Source: Octopus vulgaris (Eukaryota). Taken from it: 64,000 nt of DNA. The number at the start of each line of letters is the position of its first letter. Position 1 is the stretch's first letter. The DNA is taken from positions 1,426,001-1,490,000 of the forward strand of contig OX597841.1 of NCBI GenBank assembly GCA_951406725.2, in the 5' to 3' direction. Made by a program: the position numbers and the translations under genes. Below the pieces are notes generated by a model. The model was not told the origin of the DNA and ran no database searches. It worked only from the letters and a program-made list of their open reading frames with translations. Below are positions 26,791 through 40,700 of the stretch, piece by piece.

Positions 26791-28821
26791 AGGGGTCTCC
26801 AAAATGGGCCAGTCATATTTCTCAAATTTAGTTGTTAATGCCCTCAGTGACCCTACAACTACCGGGAAGACAGTTCCTTCCTTCATTGCCCACAATCTTT
26901 TACTGGATTGTACTTCTCAATCTTTTCCAGTTCTCTATCATCCATTTGTTTATCCCCAGGTATGGCAATATTTATGGTAGTTTCCATCTACCAAATCCAC
27001 TCACAAGGCTTTGGTCAGCCCAAAGCTATAGTAGAAGTCACTTGCCCAAGGTGCCACGCAGTGGGACTGAACCCGGAACCAACCACATGTGGTTGGTAAG
27101 CAAGCTACTTACCACACAGTCACTCCTGCACATACTGAAATACTACTAGGTGAAATTTGTTGATTTTATTAAATTAATTATATTTCACATTATATCTGTA
27201 ATGTATATATATACATGCACCAATCCGACCGTGGCCGATGCCAGCCTCGCCTGGCACCAGTGCAGGTGGCACGTAAAAAGCACCCACTACACTCACGGAG
27301 TGGTTGGCGTTAAGAAGGGCATCCAGCTGTAGAAACTTTGCCAGATAAGACCGGAGCCTGGTGCAGCCTTCTGGCTTCCCAGATCCCTGGTCGAATCGTC
27401 CAACCCATGCTAGCATGGAGAACGGACGTTAAACGATGATGATGACATATATATATATATTTACATATGATAGGCTCCTCTCAGTTTCCCTAATAAGACC
27501 TATGCAGTGACATTTAGAAGCTAAAAAGCTTTATATTTCAGATTTTACTTGTATATCACTATAACTGGAGTAGTTTTGAGACAAACTTTCTCTCATTGCT
27601 TTAGATGTGAATCTTATTTTAAAACTTGTGAAACACCCACCTTATTAAGAAAATATTTATTAATGACAGAAACAGTATTAACACCAACATGTGGTATTTA
27701 TCCCCTACTTAAAAATGGATGCTCTGTTAGAACAAACTATACTGCGGTAGATATCACGAGAGAAACTCTCATATTGGCTTTTGGTGTAAGATACACTCTT
27801 ATTTATATCACTAGTGGTCAGATAAATCCCTGCCTCTACCAGTGCCAAGTCCACCAGATCAACCCCACTTCCCTTATTGTATCAATAAAATGCATAAATT
27901 ATCTTACAAAATCATTCTAAGTTCATGAATGTTTTAGAATTCAATTGAAAATCACAGTAAGTATATCCATCTGTCTGTCCGTCCGTCTGTTCATCCAGCC
28001 ATTTGTCCATTCATTTTTGCTGCCTGCTATTCTCAGGTGTGTTGTGTGAGGGCAGAGTCTCTGGGTATCTCTTGAATGGGGTCTTATCAGAAGCAAATGT
28101 CATTAAGCTTCCCTGTTTGGGTCTCAGACACAACCAGCTGGGACTATGGTCTTTGTCCAACCATCTCACTCTCAGCCTACCCCACTTGGGTATCCTGCCA
28201 GCTGGCTCAGCTTAAAGAATCCATCTCGCGGCCCTTTTCCCCACCGCAATTTTTTTAAACCCCATGTCAATAGTACCAGAAGTGTGACCCTCAATGCACA
28301 GAAGTAGTTGACTGACCTGCAAAATTCTCCCTGATCTCAGGGCTACACACCCTGTTGTTATCTCATAGCTTCAAAATTTTGATGATTCCGCTGTTTCTTT
28401 TTAGAGAGACATTATCAGGTAGGAGTGAAAGGCCAGATCTAGCCAGTTTGGACATAAAACAGGTAGAAAATAAGGGCCAGGTGTGGCCGGTTTAAATGCT
28501 AAAAATTTCATCAGGTCTCTTTCTCTTCTCAGTTCAAATCCAGAAGGGTCTAACTTTGCTTCTTATTCTTCAGATAGCATAGTGGGGTTAGGTGGGGAAG
28601 GGTGAGCAATATAAAAATAGGAAATAAGCAATAATTGAACAGGGACTTATTGTTTTTTTAATTGTTCTTTATTTTATTTTATGTTCCATTTTTGTTCTTG
28701 TTATTATTTTTCAAGTAATTTCTTATTTTATATTTTTCTTTTTGATTATTGTAAAAATAGCATAAAAACATGTCTATCCACACACATGGATATATTATAT
28801 ACACACATATATATATATACA

Positions 28822-28852
<31 letters not shown>

Positions 28853-30859
28853 GTATGTATAAATATATGTATGTGTATATATGTATGTATAAATATGTAT
28901 ATATATGTGTATATATGTATATATATTTATGTGTGTATATAATTACATGAATATATGTGTATATATATAAATATAAATATGTATGTATATGCATGTATAT
29001 GTATATATATATAGATATATATATATGTTTGTATGTATGTATGTATGTGTGTGTGTGCATATATATTCACACACATACATGTGCACACATACACACACAA
29101 TATGCATTTTTTTTTTACATTCTTTTATTTCCATTTAAATCACTTTTCTTTTATTTAATTAAAAATATAGTTTTTAATTAGTGAATTTGTTTAGTTTTTC
29201 TTTTCATGTCATGTCATCAGAATTAAATTATTGCAATTTTGGTTTTGGTGTGTGAATGTATGTGGATAAGTGAGAGAGAGAGAGAGAGTATGTGTGTGTG
29301 TATGTGCATGTTAGAATGTTTGTTTGACAAAAAGAATCTCTCGAGGCAGTGCCCCAGGATGGCTGCAGTCCAATGATGGAAACAAATAAAAGAATAAAAA
29401 ATAAAAAGATAGATATTAGTTCCTGTTTGTCTTAGAGTTTGAACCGGCAACTTCGAGGTCACAGGTAAACATATGTTGCCAGGCATTGTTGTTGATGCTG
29501 CACCCCAAGCCAGCCCCTGATTAAGAGTCAGAAAATAATGGTGGGGTTCTGCATTGTTAATAATTTATTCACAAGAGGGGTCATCATTGGCTGTCAATTG
29601 GTTTGACTGCCATAAGAAGCGTCAAGTCTAATGCAGGGCCCTGTGCCCATCGACAGGGAGCAGAAGAGATGCAGGGGACCAATATCCATCCATCCATTTT
29701 TGCCCCTCACTATTCCCCAGAAGGTTGTGGGGTTACAACCCTCAGGTACCTTCCACATTAAACTGACCTACTGGATGCCTCATTCTTCTGACACTTTCCT
29801 GCGATATTCTAACAGTATGTCCATAGCGCTGCTTTCCATACTGGCAAGGGTTGAATTGTCTAACAGGATCTGAGGAGCCACAGGGCTCTGACAAGCTCCA
29901 GTACCAGCTTTGTGATGTTTTCTACAGCTGGATACCCTTCCTAATGCCAACCACTTTACAGAACATACTGGTTGCTTTTTAAACGGTTCCAGCATTAGTG
30001 AGGTTGCCAAGTCTTAGAGTTTGAACCGGCAACTTTGAGGTCACAGGTAAACATATGTTGCCAGGCATTGTTGTTGATGCTGCACCCTAAGCCAGCCCCT
30101 GATGCAAGACACATCATCATCATCATCGTTTAACGTCCGTTTTCCATGCTAGCATGGGTTTGACGGTTTGACCAGAGTCTGGGAAGCCAGGAGGCTGCGC
30201 CAGGCCCAGTCTGATCTGGCACTGTTTCTACAGCTGGATGCCCTTCCTAACGCCAACAAACTCTGTGAGTGTAGTGGGTGCGTTTTACATGCCACCGGCA
30301 CAGGGGCCAGGGGAGGCTGGCAAACGGCCATGATCCGTTAAGAAAAAGTAAGATCCCCTTTAAACAAAGAAAGGGTATTTAAGAGAGGAAGGTGGATTTC
30401 TATTGGGTGCTTAGTGGTAAAAACATAACAGAGTGACAAGTACAGGTGTTAGACAATGTTTGTGAGATGGAGAAGAAGTAACTGTAGAACTTTATTGGTT
30501 GGAAATCCTAAAGATATTTGGATTTATATGAACGATATTTGGGAGAAAAATTGTGTGTGTGTGTGTGTGTGTTGTAAACGGAAATTGCGAATTATGTTCT
30601 GATTTTGGACTTGACGTGAAAAACCATAACGAACGAGATTATTTAACATTCTTCACATGAAATTTATGAAACACTATTTTTTCCTCTTGACACAACTTTT
30701 CTGTTATTGTTGTTAAATGAATAAATTTACATATATATATATATATATATATATACTATATATATATATATAAACACTATATATATATATATATATGTAT
30801 ATATGTGTATATATGTATATATATTTATATATATATACACTATATATATATATATATTC

Positions 30860-30894
<35 letters not shown>

Positions 30895-31004
30895 TATAGA
30901 CATATACATATATGTATATATGCAAACATATATATAGACTTACATGTCTATATTTATGCATTTATAAGTATATATATATATATGTGTGTGTGTATGTGTA
31001 TACC

Positions 31005-31038
<34 letters not shown>

Positions 31039-31122
31039 TATATGCATGTATATGTATATATATATGTATATTTATGAGTATAAATATATATGTGTATAAA
31101 TATGTACATATTCATATATATC

Positions 31123-31168
<46 letters not shown>

Positions 31169-31254
31169 CGCACATACATATATATATGTAAACACACAGA
31201 TATCTAGATCTATATATATGTGTGTGTGTGCATGTGCATGTATGTATATATGTA

Positions 31255-31295
<41 letters not shown>

Positions 31296-31501
31296 GCACA
31301 CGCATACATAGATATACATATACACATACATAAATATACATATATATACAGTCATTATCATTTTGAAATATGCATGATGTTTGTTGCTTATAGGGAAACG
31401 GGAAATTAAGGAAGACTGGTAATGGTGGGAGGAGATGAACAAAGTTCATCTTTGACAAGTATATTACAAAAAAAAATTCATGGCTAGGAAAAAGGTTTAT
31501 A

Positions 31502-31572
<71 letters not shown>

Positions 31573-31623
31573 CTATATATATATATTTATATATATATAT
31601 ATATCGATATTTGTGCATGTGTG

Positions 31624-31659
<36 letters not shown>

Positions 31660-31682
31660 ATATATATATATACATGCATACA

Positions 31683-31726
<44 letters not shown>

Positions 31727-32000
31727 CCTATAAATATATATATGTATATACATACATATTTATATATATACATACATATATCTGTATGTCTATGTATATA
31801 TATGCATATCTATGTATGTATATGTGCATGTATGTATATATATATATAGAGAGAGAGAGGCATATATACATACATATACCTATATGCAAGTATCTACATA
31901 TTCATATATGTATGTGTAAGTATATATGTATGTATATGCACAGACACACATCCCTCTATATATATACATACATTTATATATCTATATATATATATATATA

Positions 32001-32037
<37 letters not shown>

Positions 32038-33935
32038 GTAAGTATACACATATATGTTCTTCATTAAAACGCTTAGAAAAGAAAAAGAAAAAAAATATTT
32101 GCAAGGTAAAAAAGAGAGAAACAAAAAAAAACTGTGTACCACCAATTTCTATTCTTGAAAGCTGCAAGACTCATTCCGCAAAAAGACAAAGAAATGGCCT
32201 TTCCATTTAACCACTCAAGTATGTTTTGCTTCCTTCGGTCATCTGTTTCTTCTTCAACACAAGACAGAACTCACACTATGATACCATTCCATACCTTCTC
32301 AGACAAACGGCAAATCTTGATGTCACCACATATTCCACAATTGTTACATGCCTTCATCTTTTTTTACCATTTATTAGTAGTATAAGATATGTATATATAT
32401 ATATATGTATATATGTGGTTATATACTGTATATATTTTATATTTTATATTTTATATTTTGTTCTTATCACCACCACCATCCCCATGCTCCTACCACTTTT
32501 TTATATAAACATAACATATTTGTCTCCCTTGCCCCTACTTATCTGCCCTTCTTGTCTATTCCCCCAATTAATCTCACTCATTATTACTTTAAATTTTAAG
32601 GAATGAGGCTGTTTCTTCATGTTTCATATAGTATATGTGCTTGTATCTATATTATGTATGGGATAAATATAGGTAGGCAGGTATGTGAAGACACATGGGT
32701 CAGTAGTTAAAACGTCAGGCTCACAATTGCGAGGTTGTGAGTTCGATTCCCTGGCCGGGCTGCGTGTTGTGTTCTTGAGCAAGACACTTTATTTCATGTT
32801 GCTCCAGTTAACTCAGCTGTAGAAATGAGTTGCGACATCACTGATACCAAGCTGCATCGGCCCCTTAGCCTTTCCCTTTGATATCATCAGTGATGTGGAG
32901 AAGGGAGGCTGGTATGCATGGCCAAGAGCTGGTCTTCCATAAAACAGCCTTGTCCAGACTTGTGCCTCAGAGGGGAACTTTTTATGTTCAGTCCCATGGT
33001 CATTCATCACCAAAGGAAGTCTTTATACTTTTATGCATGTAGCCATGTACATGCATTCTGTTTTTGAGCAATACACTTCATTTCAAGTTGCTCTGGCATT
33101 CTGGATAGGCAATGTTAATTTGATGAAGGAAGTGATTTAATGTACAGCAGAGTAAATATTTGAAATATCTGACCGCTATAAACACATCATCTGTACATCT
33201 CTTCATGCACAACGCTTGTCTCACCAGTGCACTTCCCTCCACTCACTGCAGCAAGGGGTGAGATAATCATAGTCCTTTGTCATCTCTCTCCCTCCTGTCC
33301 TTTCCCAGCCAGCTGTATCATTGCCATTCTTCATCTCCCCAACATACCTGTGTTCACATCTTACTGCAATCCGCTTCTCATTGCCTCTCCTCTCTTTGCA
33401 ATCTCCTGAACTCCCTTCTTACTCTCCCTGTCCAATCATCTGGGCACTTCCCACTTACATTATTCACCTCCTTATACTTTGAAGGGGCACCCCAGTACAT
33501 CAACACCAACTTCTCTCCCACTCCCTTCCTCTCTCTCTCTGACTAGGGTATTCATGTATCTTTTCTGCAAGGGGTCGCTTAAAAGTTCTTGGCTTTGAGG
33601 GTATCATGAAAGGCCTCGCTGAAGGTCCAGCCGTCTGAGTTCAAATAATACAGGGAGTGAATTTCGTGCCAAGTAAATTCATTCTCACCAAGTGAATTCA
33701 TGGCCATGGCCGTTGCTGGTGTTGTGTAAATTACACCCATGAAATCGTAGTTATGGTCATTAAGTTCCATGTAAATGGCACCTGTGCCAGTGGAATGTAA
33801 AATGCAACCCATTATGCTCTTGGAATGGTTGGCATTAGGAAGGACATCCAGCCAAATCAGATGGGAACCGGGTGCAGCTCTTTGGTTTACCAGCTCCTGT
33901 CAAACTGTCTAACCCATGCCAGCAGACACTAAATC

Positions 33936-33967
<32 letters not shown>

Positions 33968-34961
33968 ATATTCTTTACTAGTTCCAGCTTGAGAACTGTC
34001 GCCATGGTGGGGCACCACCGTTTAGCTGTGGTGCATTTGGTCGGTATTACTGTACCCTTGCATTGCGTGATCGTTGTGAACAAGCAACACCATCATACAA
34101 TCATTGTCCTTTATTCCCAATTTCCTGTGGAACCATTTCTAATCACAAGGAAAGATTACCTTACTTGGAAACAGGTGTAGTGTTGGTGACAGGAAAAGCA
34201 TCTGGCCATAGAAAGTGGACTTTAAAATGATGATGATGACGATAGCTATAACCTTCCATTTACTTTCTCTTTCTAGCCATCTGCCAGTCAATTTATTTTC
34301 CAACCTATTCATTCGTATCCGTATCTCCACTCTTTTTTCTGGCTCCCCACTTTCATTCAGCTCTTTATTTATTCAACCAGCCATCTAACCATCCTCATGA
34401 GCTGAATAATTTAATCACTAAGCCATGTGCTATATAGTCTTAAGCATTGTCTGTCACCATTCTGAGTTTAAACTCCTACCAAGGCTAACTGAGCCCTTTC
34501 CTCCTTCCAGAATTCATTATATTTCTAAGGGCTGGGTCCCTGCTTTGTTCTCCCAACTTCTTTGAGCCTCATTAAAGTAATATTCTAGGGTCAGCCATCT
34601 TGTCTCTTCTAACCCTAACTCCATCTAGTGCTGACTTAATTTATTATTGTTCCCTGTCTTCTCCATACAGATAATTAAATGGTCCTTCATCTCGTTGTCA
34701 TTAATTTTACTTAATTATTATTTCCCCATTATTTCAACTCTGAAATGTCTTGATAAGACATATTTTCATTTTAACAAAATGTTATTATTTAAAAGTGCTT
34801 TCTATTCCCATTATCAACATAGAAAGTAGAATAAAAATTTTAAAAATTTGAAATATAAAGCATCTTATATAAAACAAGCACTATCAATTAGAAAAAAAAA
34901 ATTAAAAAACAAAAGTCAACAATTACTCGTCCACCTCTGTTACTCCAGTGCCCTTCATAAA

Positions 34962-35182
34962 CCCTTTTGATTCCAACCCGCCTGAAACCGCCTCTGGCTC
35001 TGTAATACAAATATCTTGTTTTCAAAAGATCTGAATTAAAATCTTCCACCAAATCTTAGTCACCATTTATGTTCCTAACCCTAGCTTAACGATGACTACA
35101 TTATTTCAATAATTCTTCGTTATATTTAAAATTAATTGAAAGAAACTCAGAGTATCTCAACAGAAATATGGTAATGAAAGGG
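34962..35182. mobile_element. Second copy of the piggyBac-type MITE
   Basis: Colinear with 1112-1332; ends gtaatgaaaggg|ttaa; left TIR degenerate. Confidence 0.7.
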
Positions 35183-35761
35183 TTAATTAAACACCTTGCA
35201 TTCCTAAAACATCCTTCATTAATTAAACACCGGCCTTACATTTCCCCCAACCCTGCAAAAATGCAAAAAGGCAAAACTTTTTTTCATACAGTGTGGAAAT
35301 CAAATTGTGGTATAAAAATCAAGAATTTGTTTGCAGTGAGGAAATATGAAATGATACCAAAACAGCTTACCCTTCCTTCAAACAATACTAACTGCCAACA
35401 TGTCTTTTTTTTTCTATGTTTTTTTTTTTGATTATTATTATTATTTTTGTCACCTCATATCTTTATTTCTCTTCCTTCTCTGAAGGTGGGGGCTCAGGGT
35501 TGTAATATTCGTCTCTATATGTGCGTGATGAATGTGTGCAGTACAGTGCTGCATATGTGTTCATTATATATACATATATATGTCTAGTTGTGTGTGTGTG
35601 TGCATGTGTGAGCGTGTGTGTGTGTGTGCATGCGTGTGAGTGTGTGTGTGTGTGTCTGTGTGTGTGTGCATGCGTGTGTATGATTTTGTGTGTCCAGATA
35701 TTCACAAAGATTCATTGGCATACACATACATACATAAATGCAGTTCTGAATGTGTGTATAC

Positions 35762-35792
<31 letters not shown>

Positions 35793-35971
35793 CATATATC
35801 TATATTTATACATACATGTGTATGTATCCTTAAATCCTTAAAAATGTTTTAGCCCGAAGGCCGCGGCCATGCTGGGGCACCACCGCTGTACAAAATAGGA
35901 CCCTGAAGGGTCCTTCGCCCACATACATATATATATATATACATGACACAATATATGGATTCATTTTTTGA

Positions 35972-36020
<49 letters not shown>

Positions 36021-36059
36021 ACATTCATACACACATACCTAAAGCGCCCACACACGCAC

Positions 36060-36090
<31 letters not shown>

Positions 36091-37080
36091 AGTATGCTGC
36101 GTATATGTATATATAACACATGTATGTATATCTCTGTTCTGTTCCTACTCGATGTGCTTTATCTTAATACTATTTCTCTGGAATGGACTTGTTCCCTCAT
36201 CCTACAAATGCATATATATACATATATATATATGTCACACTCTGGTTTTTTCCGGTTTATACCTTGTACCTTTTTTTTTTCTTCTTGTATCTTCGTTTAT
36301 CTTAATACGGTGTTTTTACCTTGTACCCTTTGCGCTCTCTCTCTTTCTCTCTCTCTCTCTTTCTCAGCATATATATATATCTGTCTATAATCTATACATC
36401 TCTCCATATATATATATATATCTATATATATTTTATATATATCTTTGGCTTAATTTTTTTTCCTCTATTCACTTATATATATCTTTTTATTCAACTTGCC
36501 AATCAAACGCTCTTTTCATATATTAACCAATTAACCAGTCATTGATGGTCTCAACAGACCAGTCAATGGCGGTCTTTACTGACCACTCACAACATACATC
36601 TGTCTAAGAGATGACCATCATAACACGACACTGACAACTAAATCTAAGTATGACCTTTATAAACTTTAACATCCAACAGTGACCATTATTTTAGTACAAA
36701 AACAATGACCGTTACTTCCAAGAGTAACTGCATCCACAACAACATTAACGCTTGACCAACTATATATATGGAGTGACCACTATAACACGACACTGTTATT
36801 CGTCTTTATAGCATGACCACTACGACCTTACTTACCATCTTTCTATACTAACTGACCACCACTCAATTTGCATGAAGTTTGACCGTTTCATATTTTGTTG
36901 TTATTTTGTTTTACATTACTGTACATTTTGTTTTTATTTTGCTGCTCCAGTTGTTGTATGCAAGTATATATGTATATATATATATATATATATATACATA
37001 TGCATAAATATACATACATATACATATATATATATATATATGTACATAATATACATATATATATATGTATATATATATAA

Positions 37081-37174
<94 letters not shown>

Positions 37175-37281
37175 AACATATATATGTACATATATATATA
37201 TATACATATATATATGTACATATATATATATACATATATATGTACAATATATATATATATATATATATACAGACATATATA

Positions 37282-37321
<40 letters not shown>

Positions 37322-37613
37322 TATATATATATGTGTTGTATATATATATATGTGTATATATATATATATATATATGTATATGTATGTATGTATGTACATA
37401 TATATGTGTGTATATATATATCTATATATGTATGTGTATATGTTGGTCCGCTGATTTTGTACAGCTTCTACACCTCTTCACTTTTAACGAAGTTATTACT
37501 GCTACTGTTGCTGCTGGTGCTGCTGTTGATGGTGCTTCCTCTTAATTGCTATTTTCTGCTTAATTTTTTATTCATTGATCTCTCTACCTTATGTATATAT
37601 GCTTTGTGTGTGC

Positions 37614-37650
<37 letters not shown>

Positions 37651-37718
37651 CATACACACACAAGTACACATATACACACATATACATATATATATATCTA
37701 CATATATATATACATATG

Positions 37719-37763
<45 letters not shown>

Positions 37764-38084
37764 CATGTTTGTGTTTATATATGTAAACATATATAAATAT
37801 ATATATGTGTGTGTGTTCATGTGTATATGTTTGCATGTTGCCAAATTTTTTTTTAAGAGAGTTCTGACAAATTAGTCAGTCTCTGTTGCTTAACAAGATT
37901 CTGAAAAGATAAATTAAATTAAATTATATTTTCAATTTTGTTTCTTTTTCTATAATTTCTTTAACTATTATTATTATTTCTTTTTACTTTCAAAATTATT
38001 TTTCACATTAATATATATTTTTTCTTGTTAATTTAGTTGTTCATTTGCTTCTTAGTAATTAGTAAAACTGTTGCTATTGCTACC

Positions 38085-38146
<62 letters not shown>

Positions 38147-38754
38147 TGGTTTGAGAAATGCATCGATACTGTAAAGCGTTACGTTTCTTACTTTGAAAAG
38201 AAAAAAGAAAAAGGAAAAAAATTAAATATGTCTGTTAAAAGCATGAATAAAAAAATAAAATAACAGAATAATGGTGACCGAGAGTCTGTAACAATGCGTA
38301 GAAGGTAAGTTAAGTAACTGCCATATATTTCAAGCATAAAGGCCCTTCATCAGGATTGATCAAAGAAGTGTAAGTTTATGCAGATCTGGCTATGTTGGTT
38401 GTTGTATAGGCACATCTGACAATGGGATTTTTTGCCTGATATATGTAATGGTTACTTAACCTTCAGCAAACTGTAAGTGCATCATGTCACTGTATGAGTT
38501 TTCTCCCCTGTAGTAACAGGACATTGGCAGGGGAAACAACTCTAGAGAAAAGTGCAGTGTGCTAAAGTTTAACTTTCCCTTTTTGCATTGTAAGAAACTC
38601 TCCATCTTCATTATTTATTTTACTTCTTTATCAGAATGCTTCATGCAAGCCTCAACGTTCTTCATGAATAAAAAATTATTCCAAGTTACCAAATGCCATG
38701 TGCAAATAGCCAAATAATTGCTCACAGATCTTTTGATATTACCATATTATAGAA

Positions 38755-39053
38755 CAGTTGTTCCCGAAGTGGGCACTATTGCCCTTCTGGGGGCAGTGGA
38801 AATTTCCAAGGGGGCATTGAAAAAAATGTGGGGTGATAATGGGGTAGTGTTTCATGTAAAATATGGGGCGGTAATTGAGTAGTGATTTATTGAAAGACGA
38901 CAAAATAATGGGTTTCTTTAGGTTAAGTTTTATTTGTGAAATGCAGTTGCTTTGAATTTGCTTCAGAAAGAGGTCTGTGTTTGTGATGGTTAATCGGGAA
39001 TGTGGGCTTGGGTGTCATGGAGGCAGCACCCTCTAAAAGTTTGGGAACCACAG
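38755..39053. mobile_element. hAT (Charlie-like) MITE
   Basis: TIRs cagttgttcccgaa / tttgggaaccacag; 8-bp flanks ttatagaa / ttctggaa resemble a decayed NTCTAGAN TSD. Confidence 0.7.
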
Positions 39054-39864
39054 TTCTGGAACATACCTATAAATGTATATCCATCATGGTTGAGAATCTG
39101 TCAACATCATCATAGATGAGGTTTTGGTTTATTTCATTTGTAAGAATTACAAAAATGGGGCAGTGAAAGATACCTTTTATTTAACCCTTTCACATTCCGA
39201 TTATTCTTTCAAATGCAACACTTATTTACATTGTTTTGAATTAATCCTGAATCATCTCATAGCTTCAAGATCTCAATGATGCTATTCTTTGATTTGTGAA
39301 TGACATTGCAGGGAAGGTGTGCAGTGCCACATCTAACCAATTTGACCATAAAACAGGTAAAATATTTGGGCGTGACATGGCTGGCTTAAAATGCTACACA
39401 GTTAAAATGTTATGATTTAACGGCCAAATTAATCTAATTCTTTAGTTATTTTTATTTCAACTCATCTCACTTCTGTACAAAATTATAACAATCTAATGTC
39501 ATGATGTCATCAATAATTAACACATCTGTCCTCATTTACTAATGATTCATTCATCTCTAATCCGGGATAAGACAGTATGCTCAGTTTGTGAACCATGTTA
39601 AGCTTATCACGAATTGATCTGTGTTAACACAGGTTGGCAATCTAAGATTCTGCTCAGTGCAGAAAAGCATTCCCCCACAACCATCTGTAATGCTTAGCTA
39701 TCCAGAAAGTACCAGTTATCGCTTGCGTTTATATCACTGTGCTGCGTGTCTGTATTTTTTTTTTATCTGGATTTATTTATTGATATCCATCAATATAGGA
39801 CCAGTGAACAAAAGAAATATTTTCACTGTGATATTTTGCAACGCTGGGCCACAGTGCTAGTGCA

Positions 39865-40354
39865 TGCATATACAGCTGCGTGCGTGCGCACATACACACG
39901 AGTACTGTCCAAATCTCCAACCAATCACATACAGCTAGCTGGCATTCAATTGGCGTATCAAGTTTCGGGACATTTTGATTGGGTTTTGAATAGAAAATTC
40001 ACAAAAAAGTCACTTCTATTGATTTTTTAATGGCTTTGCGGGGTGACTGGGGAAATGTAAAGATGTGCACAAACCACCCTTGGATGGTTTTGAATGACCA
40101 TAGAAAGTGCGAGCCCTCTAACTGAAAAATTGTGGATTTGTATAAAGGACACGCACACACACACACAGACATTTTGCCGTTTATATATATATATTTAATG
40201 GCTTTGCGGGGTGACTGGGGAAATGTAAAGATGTGCACGACCACCCTTGGATGGTTTTGAATGACCATAGAAAGTGCGAGCCCTCTAACTGAAAAATTGT
40301 GGATTTGTATAAAGGACATGCATGCAGACATTTTGCCATTTATATATAGAGAGA
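39865..40354 (-). mobile_element. Helitron-like 5' portion with a ~170-bp tandem duplication of its 5' end
   Basis: Minus strand begins tctctctatatataaatggcaaaatgtctg, similar to the 22359 terminus; 40026-40195 is duplicated at 40194-40349. Confidence 0.5.
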
Positions 40355-40539
40355 TTGTTTACTGATCGTATGTTATTAGAATTTTACACTAAATATTATT
40401 TTGACCATGAGGCAATATCATTATGTGTTAAAAAACTGTTTGGAGATATTATTTAGGTAAGATAGCTGGGACAACTTGAGGTGGGGTCTTGGAAACATTT
40501 TGTGTCCCCTATATTCTGCTATATATTTATCACTGATTC

Positions 40540-40700
40540 ATTTAACATGATGTTCTCTTGGAACCAAACAGCTATAGTAAACAAGGATAAATGTATTCTG
40601 CTGTCATTTTTGTCCTGATAAATGGTATCAAAATTGTTATATGCCATCTGACAGATCCATAGTATTTTAACTTTTTCAATTTCTAAGACAAGCTGAAGTT
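40540..40700 (-). pseudogene. Possible highly decayed LINE reverse-transcriptase fragment
   Basis: Minus-strand LKKLKYYG followed, after a frameshift, by DGI*QF*YHLSGQK*Q; reminiscent of CR1/L2 RT 'KLKYYGI.G...WF.SYLS.RKQ'. Confidence 0.25.

Noticed and set aside
26039-26980. 313-aa repeat-protein ORF (and the 200-aa ORF at 14732-15334)
   Set aside because: Open only because the tandem units (66 and 63 bp) are multiples of three. They are open in several frames and strands and derive from a LINE 3'UTR.
27230-27285. HDV-like or pistol ribozyme resemblance in RTE modules (ccagcctcgcctggc; gcacgtaaaa)
   Set aside because: The nested double pseudoknot of HDV and the P2/P3 of pistol could not be built; only a hairpin plus a simple pseudoknot is supported.
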